The position numbers were made by a program, and so were the translations under genes. Positions 1-9,053 of a stretch of DNA of 55,629 nucleotides are shown here, piece after piece. The notes below the pieces were generated by a model, which saw nothing but the letters and a program-made list of their open reading frames with translations, was not told where the DNA came from and did no database searches. The stretch is from Burkholderiales bacterium (GTDB lineage: Bacteria; Pseudomonadota; Gammaproteobacteria; Burkholderiales; SG8-41), in contig JALHND010000005.1 in NCBI GenBank assembly GCA_022843705.1, forward strand, positions 1 through 55,629, written 5' to 3'. Numbering within the stretch: position 1 is the stretch's first letter; each line of letters starts with the position of its first letter.

Positions 1-732
1 CTTCACCGCGGCGATCAGGTCGGCGTCGACGATCTGGCTGCCGCGCGCGAAGTTGATCAGCCAGGCCGTGGGTTTCATCCGCTTCAGGCGTTCTGCATTG
101 ATGAAGTCGTCGGTCTCGGCGGTGGCCGGCATCAGCATCACCACGAAATCCGACTGGCGCAGCACGTCGTCGGTTTCATCGCTGCCGTAGACCTCTTCCA
201 CGCCCTCGACCGGCTCCGGTGAACGTTTGGTGCCGATCACGCGCATCTCCAGCGCGGCGGCCTTCTGCGCCAGTTCCTGCCCGATCGCGCCGAGGCCGAG
301 GATGCCCAGGGTCTGGCCGGCAAGCAGGACCGACTGGCGCTTGTGCCAGTGGCTCTGTTTCTGGTCGAGCGCGATCGCCATGTACGGCTTGGTCAGGTGG
401 AACAGCGCGCCGAGGATGTTTTCCGACATCGAGTGGCGGTGCGAACCGCGCGCGTTGCACAGCGCGACATCGTCGCGCAGGCCGGGCGCACCGATCCAGG
501 ACTCGACACCCGCGGTGACGGTCTGGATCCAGCGCAACTTTGGCATGCGTGCCAGCAGCCCGCCGTGTTTGCGCCCGACGAGGATTTCGACGCGCGGCAG
601 CAGGTCTTCCGGCGGCTTGTCTCCGGTTTTGACGAAATGCAGTTCGAGGCGGCCGGCGAGGCCGGCATCGGCGAGGGCTTTTTCATAGGCGGAGACTTCA
701 TCGACCCACAGCAGGCAGACGGGTTTGTTCAT
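1..732 (-). CDS. D-2-hydroxyacid dehydrogenase family (3' end runs off the window)
   Basis: Not in ORF track. Manual translation from ATG at 732: MNKPVCLLWVDE...LRWIQTVTAGVE...TLGILGLGAIG (Rossmann)...MKPTAWLINFARGSQIVD (N-x-A-R-G motif). Confidence 0.9.
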   Translation of the reverse strand, partial: MNKPVCLLWVDEVSAYEKALADAGLAGRLELHFVKTGDKPPEDLLPRVEILVGRKHGGLLARMPKLRWIQTVTAGVESWIGAPGLRDDVALCNARGSHRHSMSENILGALFHLTKPYMAIALDQKQSHWHKRQSVLLAGQTLGILGLGAIGQELAQKAAALEMRVIGTKRSPEPVEGVEEVYGSDETDDVLRQSDFVVMLMPATAETDDFINAERLKRMKPTAWLINFARGSQIVDADLIAAVK

Positions 733-858
733 TGCGGGATTTCCCTGGATTGGACAGTGCGCCGATTCTCTCCCGCTTTGCCGCCGCTGAACAGTATCGG
801 GTGCCGGCATTGATCAATTCCCGCCGCGGTCCGGCACGATCTGCGAGAATCGCCCGCG

Positions 859-1677
859 ATGCCCGGACCCCTGCTGACCGCTGAAACCCACGCTGCGCTG
901 CGCGCCGCCGCGCGTGATGGCGCAACAACGCTCGAGTGTTCGCTCGATCTCGGCCGTACGCGGACCACGGTCACGGTGGATGCCGGTGGCTGGTCCTGGC
1001 AGGGCGTCGATTATCCCTTCATCGACGACTGCCGCGAACGCACGATCTACCACTGGACCGGTACCACCTGGGAGCCGGTGCAGCGTTTCTCCGGATCGCT
1101 GATCAAGCTGGTGCCCACCGAATGGGGCGCGCCGACTTTCGAGATCGACGGCATCAAGATGCTGCCGACGGCGCAGCTGTCGCCTTATGCGGATGCCGAA
1201 CGCAAGGTGGGCCTGATCGCACCGCGCGGCAAAACCATCCTCGACTGCTGCGGCGGACTCGGCTATTTCGCCGCCTGCTGCCTCGCCGGCGGCGCGCGGC
1301 AGGTGATGTCCTTCGAAAAAAATCCCGACGTGATCTGGCTGCGCGGGCTCAATCCCTGGTCACCGCAGGCCGATCCGCGGCTGGTGCTGACGCAGGGCGA
1401 CATCGCGGAGGCCATCCAGTCGCTGCCCGATGCCGCCTTCGATGCAGTGCTGCACGACCCGCCGCGTTTCGGCATCGCCGGAGAGCTGTATTCGCAGGCC
1501 TTCTACGACCAGCTGGCTCGGGTGATCAAGCGCCGCGGCCGGCTGTTTCACTACACCGGCACGCCGAACAAGCTGACCAGCGGGCGCGACGTGCCGGCGG
1601 AGGTTACGAAACGGCTGCAGCGCGCGGGTTTCGAAGTGAAGGCCAAGGGCGACGGGCTGCTGGCGGTGAAACGCTGA
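859..1677 (+). CDS. Class I SAM-dependent methyltransferase (COG2521-like)
   Basis: ILDCCGGLGY SAM motif I, HDPPRF motif IV, N-terminal PTFEIDGIKM segment. Confidence 0.8.
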   Translation: MPGPLLTAETHAALRAAARDGATTLECSLDLGRTRTTVTVDAGGWSWQGVDYPFIDDCRERTIYHWTGTTWEPVQRFSGSLIKLVPTEWGAPTFEIDGIKMLPTAQLSPYADAERKVGLIAPRGKTILDCCGGLGYFAACCLAGGARQVMSFEKNPDVIWLRGLNPWSPQADPRLVLTQGDIAEAIQSLPDAAFDAVLHDPPRFGIAGELYSQAFYDQLARVIKRRGRLFHYTGTPNKLTSGRDVPAEVTKRLQRAGFEVKAKGDGLLAVKR

Positions 1678-1695
1678 CCGCGGGCGCGGCGGGAT

Positions 1696-2985
1696 TCAGG
1701 CCTCGACCACCACCCGGTTGCGGCCGCCTTCCTTGGCACAGTACAACGCGCGGTCGGCGCGGCCGAGCACATCGTCGGCGCTGTTGTCGGCGGGGTGGAT
1801 TTCGCTGACGCCGATGCTGATGGTGACCGAGAGCACATGGTCGCCGTGCATCACCGCGGTTTCGGAAACCTTGTTGCGCAGACGTTCGGCGAAGAGTTCG
1901 GCGTCGGGCAGCGCGGCGCCGGGCAGGATAATCGCGAATTCCTCGCCGCCGAGGCGGCCGAGGGTGTCGACACGGCGCAGTTCCTGGCGCATCGCGGTGG
2001 AGAGATGGCGCAGCACCTGGTCGCCGGCGACGTGGCCGCAGCTGTCGTTGACGCGCTTGAAGTGGTCGATGTCGATCATCAGCACCGAGGCGCTGTGTTC
2101 GCCGTCGCGGTGCACACGCGCGGTTTCCTGTTCAAGCTGGGTCAGGAAATGGCGGCGGTTGGGCAGGCCGGTGAGCATGTCGGTGGCGGCCATCTCGCGC
2201 AGCTCGGCCTCGAGGCGTTTCTGTTCGGTGATGTCGCGTGAGACCACGACCACCTTCGACACCCTGCCACCGGCGTCGCGGATCGCGCGGCCGTCGGATT
2301 CCATGAAGCGGATGCTGCCGTCCTTCAGCACAAAGCGGAACTCGGCGCATTCGCCGATGCCGGTTTCGACGGTCCTGCGGAAAATCCGGCGGATGCGTTC
2401 GCGGTCCTCGGGATGGATCTCGGCGAAGGAGCTGCTGCCTTCGCGGATGTCGCGCTCGCGGAACAGCGCCGCGTAGGCCGGGTTGTTGTAGACGCGCCGG
2501 CCTTCGGTGTCGAGCACGGCGACGAGGTCGCCGACGTTTTCGACAATCGCGCGGAACAGCGCGCGGCTTTCATGGAGCTTGTTTTCCGTCAGGTGCTGCT
2601 GGCGGCGCAACTCGGCGTCGCGCAGCTCGCGTTCGATCACCGGGCCGAGGCGGATCAGCTCCTGCGACTTCACGTAGTCGTGGGCACCGAGCTTGATCAG
2701 GCCGACGGCGAGGTTGAGGTCGGCCTGTGCGGAAACGATGATGAAGGGCGCGTCGGGACGCAGTTCCTTCGCAATCGCCAGCGCGGCAACCGCGGGACAG
2801 CCGGCAACGGGATAACCGCAGAGGATGACATTGCAGTCCGTCGTGGCCAGCTCCGCGCGCACCGCTTCGGGTGTGCCCGCGGTGGTGGCGGTGACCTTGA
2901 AGCCCTGGCTGCGCAAAGCCTGCAGCAGACCTTCCGTGTCGGCCGGCGACGTCTCGACGATCAGCAGATGCAGCTCTGGTTTCAT
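1696..2985 (-). CDS. Diguanylate cyclase: degenerate receiver + PAS + GGDEF
   Basis: DMLTGLPNRR, IDIDHFKRVND, RRVD I-site followed by GGEEF; PAS (IHPEDRE...SRDITE). Confidence 0.93.
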   Translation of the reverse strand: MKPELHLLIVETSPADTEGLLQALRSQGFKVTATTAGTPEAVRAELATTDCNVILCGYPVAGCPAVAALAIAKELRPDAPFIIVSAQADLNLAVGLIKLGAHDYVKSQELIRLGPVIERELRDAELRRQQHLTENKLHESRALFRAIVENVGDLVAVLDTEGRRVYNNPAYAALFRERDIREGSSSFAEIHPEDRERIRRIFRRTVETGIGECAEFRFVLKDGSIRFMESDGRAIRDAGGRVSKVVVVSRDITEQKRLEAELREMAATDMLTGLPNRRHFLTQLEQETARVHRDGEHSASVLMIDIDHFKRVNDSCGHVAGDQVLRHLSTAMRQELRRVDTLGRLGGEEFAIILPGAALPDAELFAERLRNKVSETAVMHGDHVLSVTISIGVSEIHPADNSADDVLGRADRALYCAKEGGRNRVVVEA

Positions 2986-3108
2986 GGCCCTCCCCGAGGC
3001 CTGACCGCGTGCAAGGGCGATACCCTAGTCTTGATTGTGGGAAAGGGCAATCGGCTGAAAGTGCCGCCGCCAGCAGCAAAACAGATGCTCCGAAGTAAAT
3101 CATTTACC

Positions 3109-3121
3109 AATCAATGTCTTA
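3109..3121 (+). promoter_or_regulatory. IHF-like site
   Basis: AATCAATGTCTTA is an exact match to the IHF core WATCAANNNNTTR, in the divergent DGC/CHAT intergenic region. Confidence 0.55.
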
Positions 3122-3366
3122 TGCCGAATGCATAGGCACTCCGCTGATGCGGCAACTGAGAAAAAGTCAGCAAGGCAGGCGGAAAAACATGTCCCTTTTC
3201 GCCAACAACCCGGCCATCAAGCGGATGGCCGCGGGGTTCCGGTGCCCAAAGGCGGTCGAGGATTTTCTTCGCCGCCACGGCCACTCACGTATATTTCCGT
3301 GCAGAAGAAAGAGCAGGCATACATCGAACGCCAACCCCGGACACACAGCCCGAAGGAGTTCAGCAG

Positions 3367-5442
3367 ATGCTCACCACCCGCTTTCACCCGGGTTCCTCCA
3401 TTGCCGTATTCATGCTGGCCGCATACTGCGCCGCCATCCTGCCGGCCGAAGCACAACGTTTCCCCGCCGGGAGTTCACGCCTGGAAGCGGTTCTGAAGGA
3501 CGCGGAATCCGCCGCACGATTGGCATCCACCGGCAAGCTGTTTTATGAGTCGGACGAAAACAAGCTGACCTGGAGCAAGTACTGCGCAAACTCGATCGCG
3601 CTCTCCAATCGCGGCGAATTCCGCCAGGCCGTCCGCGAAGCCAGCAAGGCGCTGTTTCTCGGCAAGACCTCAAACAACACCACGGCACTGGCATTCGCTT
3701 CCCGCGATCTGGCCTACGCCTACAACCTCGCGGGTGACCTCGAACGCGCGGAAGAATGGGCCAAACAGGCGCTGACCTATGGCAGCCAGGGTGCCAGGGA
3801 CCGCAATCTCATCCTCAGCGCCGCGCAGAAGGTTCTCGGCGATGTCGCTGTCCGCCGCGGAGACCTTGACGCCGGATTCAGTCATTACGAAAAGGCGCTG
3901 TCCGAACTTTTCGGCGTGGACCGTCAGCGTCTTGCGGTGCAGCTGTCCATGGCCAACACCGAAATCCGCCGCGGCCGGATTGATGCCGCAAGAAAAATCC
4001 TCGACGGCATCGACCTCTCCGACAAGAGCTGGATGCCTTACCTGATGCGTGCCCGGGGGCAGCTCGCCTACGCGGAAAAGAACCATGCCAAAGCCGCCGA
4101 ACACTATGCCGCGGCGGCGGACAGCCTCCGTGGTGGCAAGGACGCTTATCACCTGATGTGGATGCAGTACGGGCTCGGCCAGTCGCTGGCTGCCGCCGGG
4201 GAACGCGACAAGGCCATCGACGCCCTGCGCGAGGCCGCCGCCTCGGCGAGGACGCTGCGCGCGCAGTTCCGCAGCGCGGAGTTTCGCGCCGGCTTTTTCG
4301 GCGACGTGCAGTCGATCTACGACGACATGATCAGCCTGCTGGCAGATGCAAAACGTTTCGATGAGGCCTTGGCCGCCAGCGAGGAAAGCCGTGCCCGGGC
4401 GCTGCTCGATGTGCTGCGCGGACACGCCGGCGCAAAGGAGGAGGGCAGCACCGCAGCGGTTCCGCCCGGCACGGTGGTGGCGGTCTACCACGTGCTGGGT
4501 GACCGCACGCTGGCATGGACGGTACGCGGTGAAGGCACGGTAGCCGCAAGCATCCCGCTCGGCAGCAAGGAACTGGCCACCGTGGTCGGCCGCTACCGGC
4601 GCGCGCTGACCGGCCGCTCCGATGACACTGATGCCCAGGCCCGCAGGCTGTACGACACGCTGGTCAGGCCCCTCGGCCTGAAAGCCGGAGAAACCCTGAT
4701 CGTGGTGCCGCACCGTTCGCTGCATTACCTGCCGTTTCACGCGCTGCGCGGCGACAGCGGTTATCTGGTCGAGGAACGCCCCGTCAGCACCATGCCGTCC
4801 ATCGGCGCGATGGCGGCAATCCTCGCGAGGACTCCCGCATCGCAGCCGGCGCTGGTTGCGGTCGGCAACCCGACGCTCGACGAACCGGGGCTGGAGCTGC
4901 CGGGCGCGGAACGCGAAGTGCAGATGATCGGCGCGCTGTATCCGGGAGCGAGGATTTTTGTCCGCGACTCGGCCTCCAAGCAGGGTTTCATCACCCAGGC
5001 GCCGGGCAACGGCCTGGTCCATGTCGCAGCGCATGCCTCCGTCGACGAGGTCGATCCCCTGTATTCATCGATCAGGCTGGCCCGCGCGGGCCAGCAGCGC
5101 GGCGAACTCGAGGCGCACGAAATCCTCAAGCTCGACTTCTCCCGCGCACGGCTGGTCACCCTGTCCGCCTGCGAAAGCGGCCTCGGCAAGGTCTCCGGCG
5201 GCGACGAGTTCTACGGTTTCAAGCGCACCTTCCTCGCCGCCGGCGCGCAGTCGCTGCTGGTGTCGCTGTGGCCGGTCGAAGACGAGTCGACCGCCGGGCT
5301 GATGGGGGTGTTTTACCGGGAACTGCGCGGCCGGCCGATGGCCGATGCCCTGCGTGAAGCGCAGCTGTCGCTGATCAAATCGGAAACCCATCGCGACCCG
5401 ATGTTCTGGGCGCCCTTCCTGCTTGTCGGGGACTGGCGCTGA
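3367..5442 (+). CDS. Exported TPR-repeat + CHAT (caspase-fold) domain protein
   Basis: Signal-peptide-like N-terminus (AEA/Q), TPR-like helices, ESRARALLD linker, VPHRSLHYLPFHAL, HVAAH and LSACESG catalytic His/Cys motifs, SLWPVED, FWAPF; SD AAGGAG upstream. Confidence 0.9.
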   Translation: MLTTRFHPGSSIAVFMLAAYCAAILPAEAQRFPAGSSRLEAVLKDAESAARLASTGKLFYESDENKLTWSKYCANSIALSNRGEFRQAVREASKALFLGKTSNNTTALAFASRDLAYAYNLAGDLERAEEWAKQALTYGSQGARDRNLILSAAQKVLGDVAVRRGDLDAGFSHYEKALSELFGVDRQRLAVQLSMANTEIRRGRIDAARKILDGIDLSDKSWMPYLMRARGQLAYAEKNHAKAAEHYAAAADSLRGGKDAYHLMWMQYGLGQSLAAAGERDKAIDALREAAASARTLRAQFRSAEFRAGFFGDVQSIYDDMISLLADAKRFDEALAASEESRARALLDVLRGHAGAKEEGSTAAVPPGTVVAVYHVLGDRTLAWTVRGEGTVAASIPLGSKELATVVGRYRRALTGRSDDTDAQARRLYDTLVRPLGLKAGETLIVVPHRSLHYLPFHALRGDSGYLVEERPVSTMPSIGAMAAILARTPASQPALVAVGNPTLDEPGLELPGAEREVQMIGALYPGARIFVRDSASKQGFITQAPGNGLVHVAAHASVDEVDPLYSSIRLARAGQQRGELEAHEILKLDFSRARLVTLSACESGLGKVSGGDEFYGFKRTFLAAGAQSLLVSLWPVEDESTAGLMGVFYRELRGRPMADALREAQLSLIKSETHRDPMFWAPFLLVGDWR

Positions 5443-5457
5443 CCTGACCGGCGGAGT

Positions 5458-5967
5458 TCAGGCGGACAGGACGGCGAATTCCGGCAGGAAGGGAATGTCG
5501 GTGACGCCGGGATCGATGCCGAGCTGCGACAGCAGTGTGGTCAGTTGCCCGCGATGGTGGGTCTGGTGGTTGAAGAGATGGGTGACCGCCACCCAGGCCG
5601 GCATCGAACGCGACCGGCGGTCGACATTGCTGACGTAGGTGAACGGCGCGGCGAGCCATTCTGTGGTCAGGGCCGCGCTCCAGTCGAGGATGCGCGCGTC
5701 CATCACCTCGCGCGCGGCGCGCAGTTCGCCGAAATCGGCGTGCAGTTCGGCGATGATCCGGTCCGGCCCCTCGAGTTGCTGGAAACGCGCCATCCATACG
5801 ATGTCGCCGAACAGCAGGTGGTTGAGCGTGCCGTGGATGGATCTGAAAAACGCGCCGCGGTCCTGCTTGCGCGCCTCATCGGAAAGGTCCGCGCAGATCG
5901 CATAGAGTTTTTCGTTCATCCAGCGGTTGTAGCGGGCCATCAGGGTGTAGTGGTCGGTCGGCGGCAT
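5458..5967 (-). CDS. DinB family protein
   Basis: YNRWMN, FFRSIHGTLNHLL, HLFNHQTHHRGQ metal-binding His motifs. Confidence 0.9.
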   Translation of the reverse strand: MPPTDHYTLMARYNRWMNEKLYAICADLSDEARKQDRGAFFRSIHGTLNHLLFGDIVWMARFQQLEGPDRIIAELHADFGELRAAREVMDARILDWSAALTTEWLAAPFTYVSNVDRRSRSMPAWVAVTHLFNHQTHHRGQLTTLLSQLGIDPGVTDIPFLPEFAVLSA

Positions 5968-5978
5968 GAGGCAATCCT

Positions 5979-6731
5979 TCAGGACATTTTACTGATCGCG
6001 CCGGCGATGATGTATGCGCCGAGCAGGAGCAGCGCGATGAAAAACACGGTGCGGAAACGCTGCTCGGAGAGCCGCGTGCGCAGGCGCTGGCCGAGCACCA
6101 TGCCGGCGAGTGCGGGCAGCACCGCGCCCGCCGACAGCAGGCCGTGCTGGGCGGTGATGAAATTGGCCTGTTGCAAGGCCGCGCCGAGCGCCAGCGTCGA
6201 CACCGTGAACAGCATGCCCATCGCCTGGATCAGGCGGTCGCGCGGCAGGCCGATCGCCTGCAGGAACATCACCCCGGGCACGACGAAGGAGCCGGTCATG
6301 CCGGTCAACACGCCGTTGGCGGAGCCGATCAGCGGGCCGGCCCAGCTTTCGTGGCGCAGCGGAATGACGAGGCGTACGCCGCCGAGGCTCAGCAACGCAT
6401 AACTCACCAGCAGCACGCCGAGCAGCGCCGTCAGCAGCGCGAGGTCGACGCGGGTCAGCGCGGCGGCGCCGATCCACACGGTGACGGTGGCCATCAGCAG
6501 GAAGGGCCAGATGCGCAATGCGACTTCGCGGGTATGCGCGCCGGCGAGCGCCTGCCACAGGTTGGTGACGAAGGACGGCACCAGCAGCAGCGCCATCGCG
6601 CTCGGCAGGTCAAAGGCGACGGTGAGCAGCGCGAGGCTGACGGTGGGCAGGCCGAGGCCGATGACGCCCTTGACCATGCCGGCCAGCAGGAACGTGCCGG
6701 CGACAGCGAGGATCACGGTGGTTTCCGGCAT
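5979..6731 (-). CDS. TauE/SafE (sulfite exporter-like) membrane protein
   Basis: AGMVKGVIGLG start motif, PSFVTNLWQ, about 8 hydrophobic segments. Confidence 0.85.
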   Translation of the reverse strand: MPETTVILAVAGTFLLAGMVKGVIGLGLPTVSLALLTVAFDLPSAMALLLVPSFVTNLWQALAGAHTREVALRIWPFLLMATVTVWIGAAALTRVDLALLTALLGVLLVSYALLSLGGVRLVIPLRHESWAGPLIGSANGVLTGMTGSFVVPGVMFLQAIGLPRDRLIQAMGMLFTVSTLALGAALQQANFITAQHGLLSAGAVLPALAGMVLGQRLRTRLSEQRFRTVFFIALLLLGAYIIAGAISKMS

Positions 6732-6749
6732 CTTCGTCTCCTGGAATCG

Positions 6750-7232
6750 TCAGTAGGGGCGGCCGTCCTTGTGCATGAAGGCCCACTGCCCCGAAACATC
6801 GAGCACCGCCTGCAGGTCATCGTCGGGATAGACCACGCGATCGCCGGCACTGCGGTCGCCGATTTCAAGATACAGCACCTCAGCGTCGCCGCGGTTGGCG
6901 AGCTGGTGCGCATCACCGCTGCCGGCGCGGAAACCGGCGCACATGCCCGGCGCCAGCGGCGTCTCGCCGGCATCGCTGATAAGCACCGGCTTGCCCTCGA
7001 GGATGTAGATGAATTCATCCTGCGCGCTGTGCGCATGGCGCAGTGCCGACACCGCGCCCGGCGCAAGGCGCGTCAGGTTGACGCCGAAATTCTTCAGCCC
7101 GAAAAGATCACCCAGCGGGCGTTTCAGCCGGCCGGCCACCTTCGCTGCAAAGGGCGCGGGGTAGTTGCTCTGTTTCGCCTTCGGCGGCGCTTCGGCGGCT
7201 AGGATTGCATCAGGAAAAGGACTTTTGCTCAT
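6750..7232 (-). CDS. Cupin domain protein
   Basis: RHAHSAQDEFIYILEG...AHQLAN cupin motifs; start reassigned to ATG at 7232 (MSKSPF). Confidence 0.85.
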   Translation of the reverse strand: MSKSPFPDAILAAEAPPKAKQSNYPAPFAAKVAGRLKRPLGDLFGLKNFGVNLTRLAPGAVSALRHAHSAQDEFIYILEGKPVLISDAGETPLAPGMCAGFRAGSGDAHQLANRGDAEVLYLEIGDRSAGDRVVYPDDDLQAVLDVSGQWAFMHKDGRPY

Positions 7233-7269
7233 CAACGGCTCCGGTACGGGCCGGGCCGCTGGCCCGGAG

Positions 7270-7731
7270 TCAGCCATGGTAACCGCCTGGGGCACCAGGC
7301 ACGACCATCGCGCGTGGTGAAAAAAACCGCCGCCACGCCTGCCGCAGCCTGCGCGCAACGGCGGTCACCATCGCCGCGAACCAGCGCGCCATTTCCTGGC
7401 GGGCCTGGCGGCGCAGGCGCTCCGTGAATCCGGCATCGACGCGCACCACGTTGCGCATCCAATCCGCTTCCGGCACCGGGTAGACCCGGTAGACGGCGAT
7501 CTGCGTGTCGTCCTTGATCGCGCTGGCCACGATCAGCCCCGCGCCGCCGGAGCAGTAACGCGCGCCGGCCGGCACCATGTGATCCAGCGGGTCGCCTTCC
7601 TGGGTGACCCAGATCAGGCCGCTGAGGCAGCGGATCACGGTGCCGCGCGAAGCCATGACGCTGCGGGTGTCACCGGCAGCCATCGCATGCAGCTGCCGGC
7701 CGTGCTTGTCGTGGTGCATGGGGGTGTCCAT
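7270..7731 (-). CDS. DUF2917-like protein
   Basis: IRCLSGLIWVTQEGDPLDH pattern; divergent from a GcvA-type LysR gene, the usual context for this family. Confidence 0.7.
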   Translation of the reverse strand: MDTPMHHDKHGRQLHAMAAGDTRSVMASRGTVIRCLSGLIWVTQEGDPLDHMVPAGARYCSGGAGLIVASAIKDDTQIAVYRVYPVPEADWMRNVVRVDAGFTERLRRQARQEMARWFAAMVTAVARRLRQAWRRFFSPRAMVVPGAPGGYHG

Positions 7732-7839
7732 AATGAATGCGTCTCCTGCATCGTCCGACCGGTCGGAAATGGACCGGTGATGGCCGAACTATGCGGTGAT
7801 AACTGGCGACCGGACAAACGGTCATTTTGCAGATCATGG

Positions 7840-7854
7840 ATGCTTGAATTGCAT
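7840..7854. promoter_or_regulatory. LysR-type recognition box
   Basis: ATGC-N7-GCAT dyad (contains T-N11-A) just upstream of the lysR start in a divergent promoter. Confidence 0.55.
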
Positions 7855-7863
7855 GCATAAACG

Positions 7864-8817
7864 ATGAACGGCTCGCGCGACCTGCCCTCACTCGACCTGC
7901 TGAAGGCCTTCGAGGCCGCGGCCCGCCACCTGTCGTTCACGCGCGCCGGCGCGGAGCTGTTCCTCAGCCAGTCGGCGGTGAGCCGGCAGATCCAGCAGCT
8001 CGAAACCCAGCTCGGTCTGCCGCTGTTCATCCGCCGCACGCGCGCGCTGCTGCTGACCGAGGCGGGCCAGCGTTATTTCCGCGACGTGAGCCAGGCGCTG
8101 CACCAGCTGCGCGAGGCCGGCATCAGCCTGAGGAACGTGCGCGGCGACCGCGTGGTGACGGTGACGACGGCGATGACCTTCGCCTCGTTGTGGCTGGTGC
8201 CGCAGCTCGCGGATTTCCAGCAGCGGCATCCGGACATCGCGGTGCATGTCGCCGCCGACAACAGCGTGCTCGACCTCGAGCGCGAACGCATGGACGTGGC
8301 GATCCGGTATTCGACGCGCCGCCTCGCCGGCCCCGGCGCGCTGCGGCTGCTCGGCGAACGCGTGCTGCCGGTGTGCAGTCCGAAATTGCCGGGACTGAAA
8401 AAGCTGCGCACGCCGGGAGACCTGAAGGGTTTCGTGCTCCTCAATTTCGAGGATCCGCAGCAGCTGACGCCCTGGCTGACCTGGCCGGTGTGGTTCGAGG
8501 CAATGCGCACTTCACCACCCGCGGCAAAGGGCATGCTGCGTTTCAGCCACTACGACATGATGCTGCGCGCCGCGCTCAACGGCCAGGGCGTCGGTCTCGG
8601 CCGGCTGCCGCTGATTTCATCGATGCTCGAGGACGGTTCGCTGGTCGCGCCCTTCGCCGACCGCCGCTACAGCACCCCGACCCCGGACCGCGCCTACTGG
8701 CTGATCAGCCCGCCCGCCGCGCGCGAACGCCCGGAGGTGCAGACCTTCGTGCAGTGGATACGGGCGCGGACGGCGGCGCTTGAGGCTTCGGCAGCGGGAA
8801 AAGCAGCCTCGAAGTAA
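7864..8817 (+). CDS. LysR-family regulator (GcvA-like)
   Basis: LPSLDLLKAFEAAARHLSFTRAGAELFLSQSAVSRQI HTH; C-terminal substrate-binding domain. Confidence 0.93.
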   Translation: MNGSRDLPSLDLLKAFEAAARHLSFTRAGAELFLSQSAVSRQIQQLETQLGLPLFIRRTRALLLTEAGQRYFRDVSQALHQLREAGISLRNVRGDRVVTVTTAMTFASLWLVPQLADFQQRHPDIAVHVAADNSVLDLERERMDVAIRYSTRRLAGPGALRLLGERVLPVCSPKLPGLKKLRTPGDLKGFVLLNFEDPQQLTPWLTWPVWFEAMRTSPPAAKGMLRFSHYDMMLRAALNGQGVGLGRLPLISSMLEDGSLVAPFADRRYSTPTPDRAYWLISPPAARERPEVQTFVQWIRARTAALEASAAGKAASK

Positions 8818-8833
8818 GTGCCAACAATACTTA

Positions 8834-8861
8834 TAAGTATTTGTTTTTATTATTTATTTTT
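8834..8861 (-). repeat. 28-bp AT-rich dispersed motif (IHF-like), copy 1
   Basis: Reverse complement AAAAATAAATAATAAAAACAAATACTTA; overlaps the perfect palindrome AATACTTATAAGTATT (8826-8841). Confidence 0.7.
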
Positions 8862-9053
8862 ATGTTGCCCCGCGGAATCTAACAAAATGTGAGATTTGCT
8901 ACGGTTATGCGAACGGCATAGGCTTTTCCGTGTCTGCCAGGGAAAAGCCGGCATCCAGACCGGCCCGCGGGTGAAAAGCCGGCACCTCATGATGTCGCGC
9001 ACTTGCCTGCACCCGGAGGACATCCATCACGCAGGATCCTCACAGGGGGCGTC

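Noticed and set aside
3114-3548. Short ORFs in the DGC-CHAT intergenic region
   Set aside because: No motif, overlap the CHAT start in other frames, no clear SD.
7754-7767. Perfect 14-bp palindrome TCCGACCGGTCGGA upstream of the DUF2917-like gene
   Set aside because: Single GC-rich instance with no second copy noticed; cannot be distinguished from chance.
8826-8861. AT-rich motif considered as dif/att recombination site or replication origin
   Set aside because: No XerC/XerD-type arms, no integrase, no DnaA-box cluster seen; fits IHF-like architecture better.
8895-8925. Sigma54 promoter next to the IHF-like site
   Set aside because: No GG-N10-GC match found at the shared motif on either strand; nearest is CG-N10-GC.
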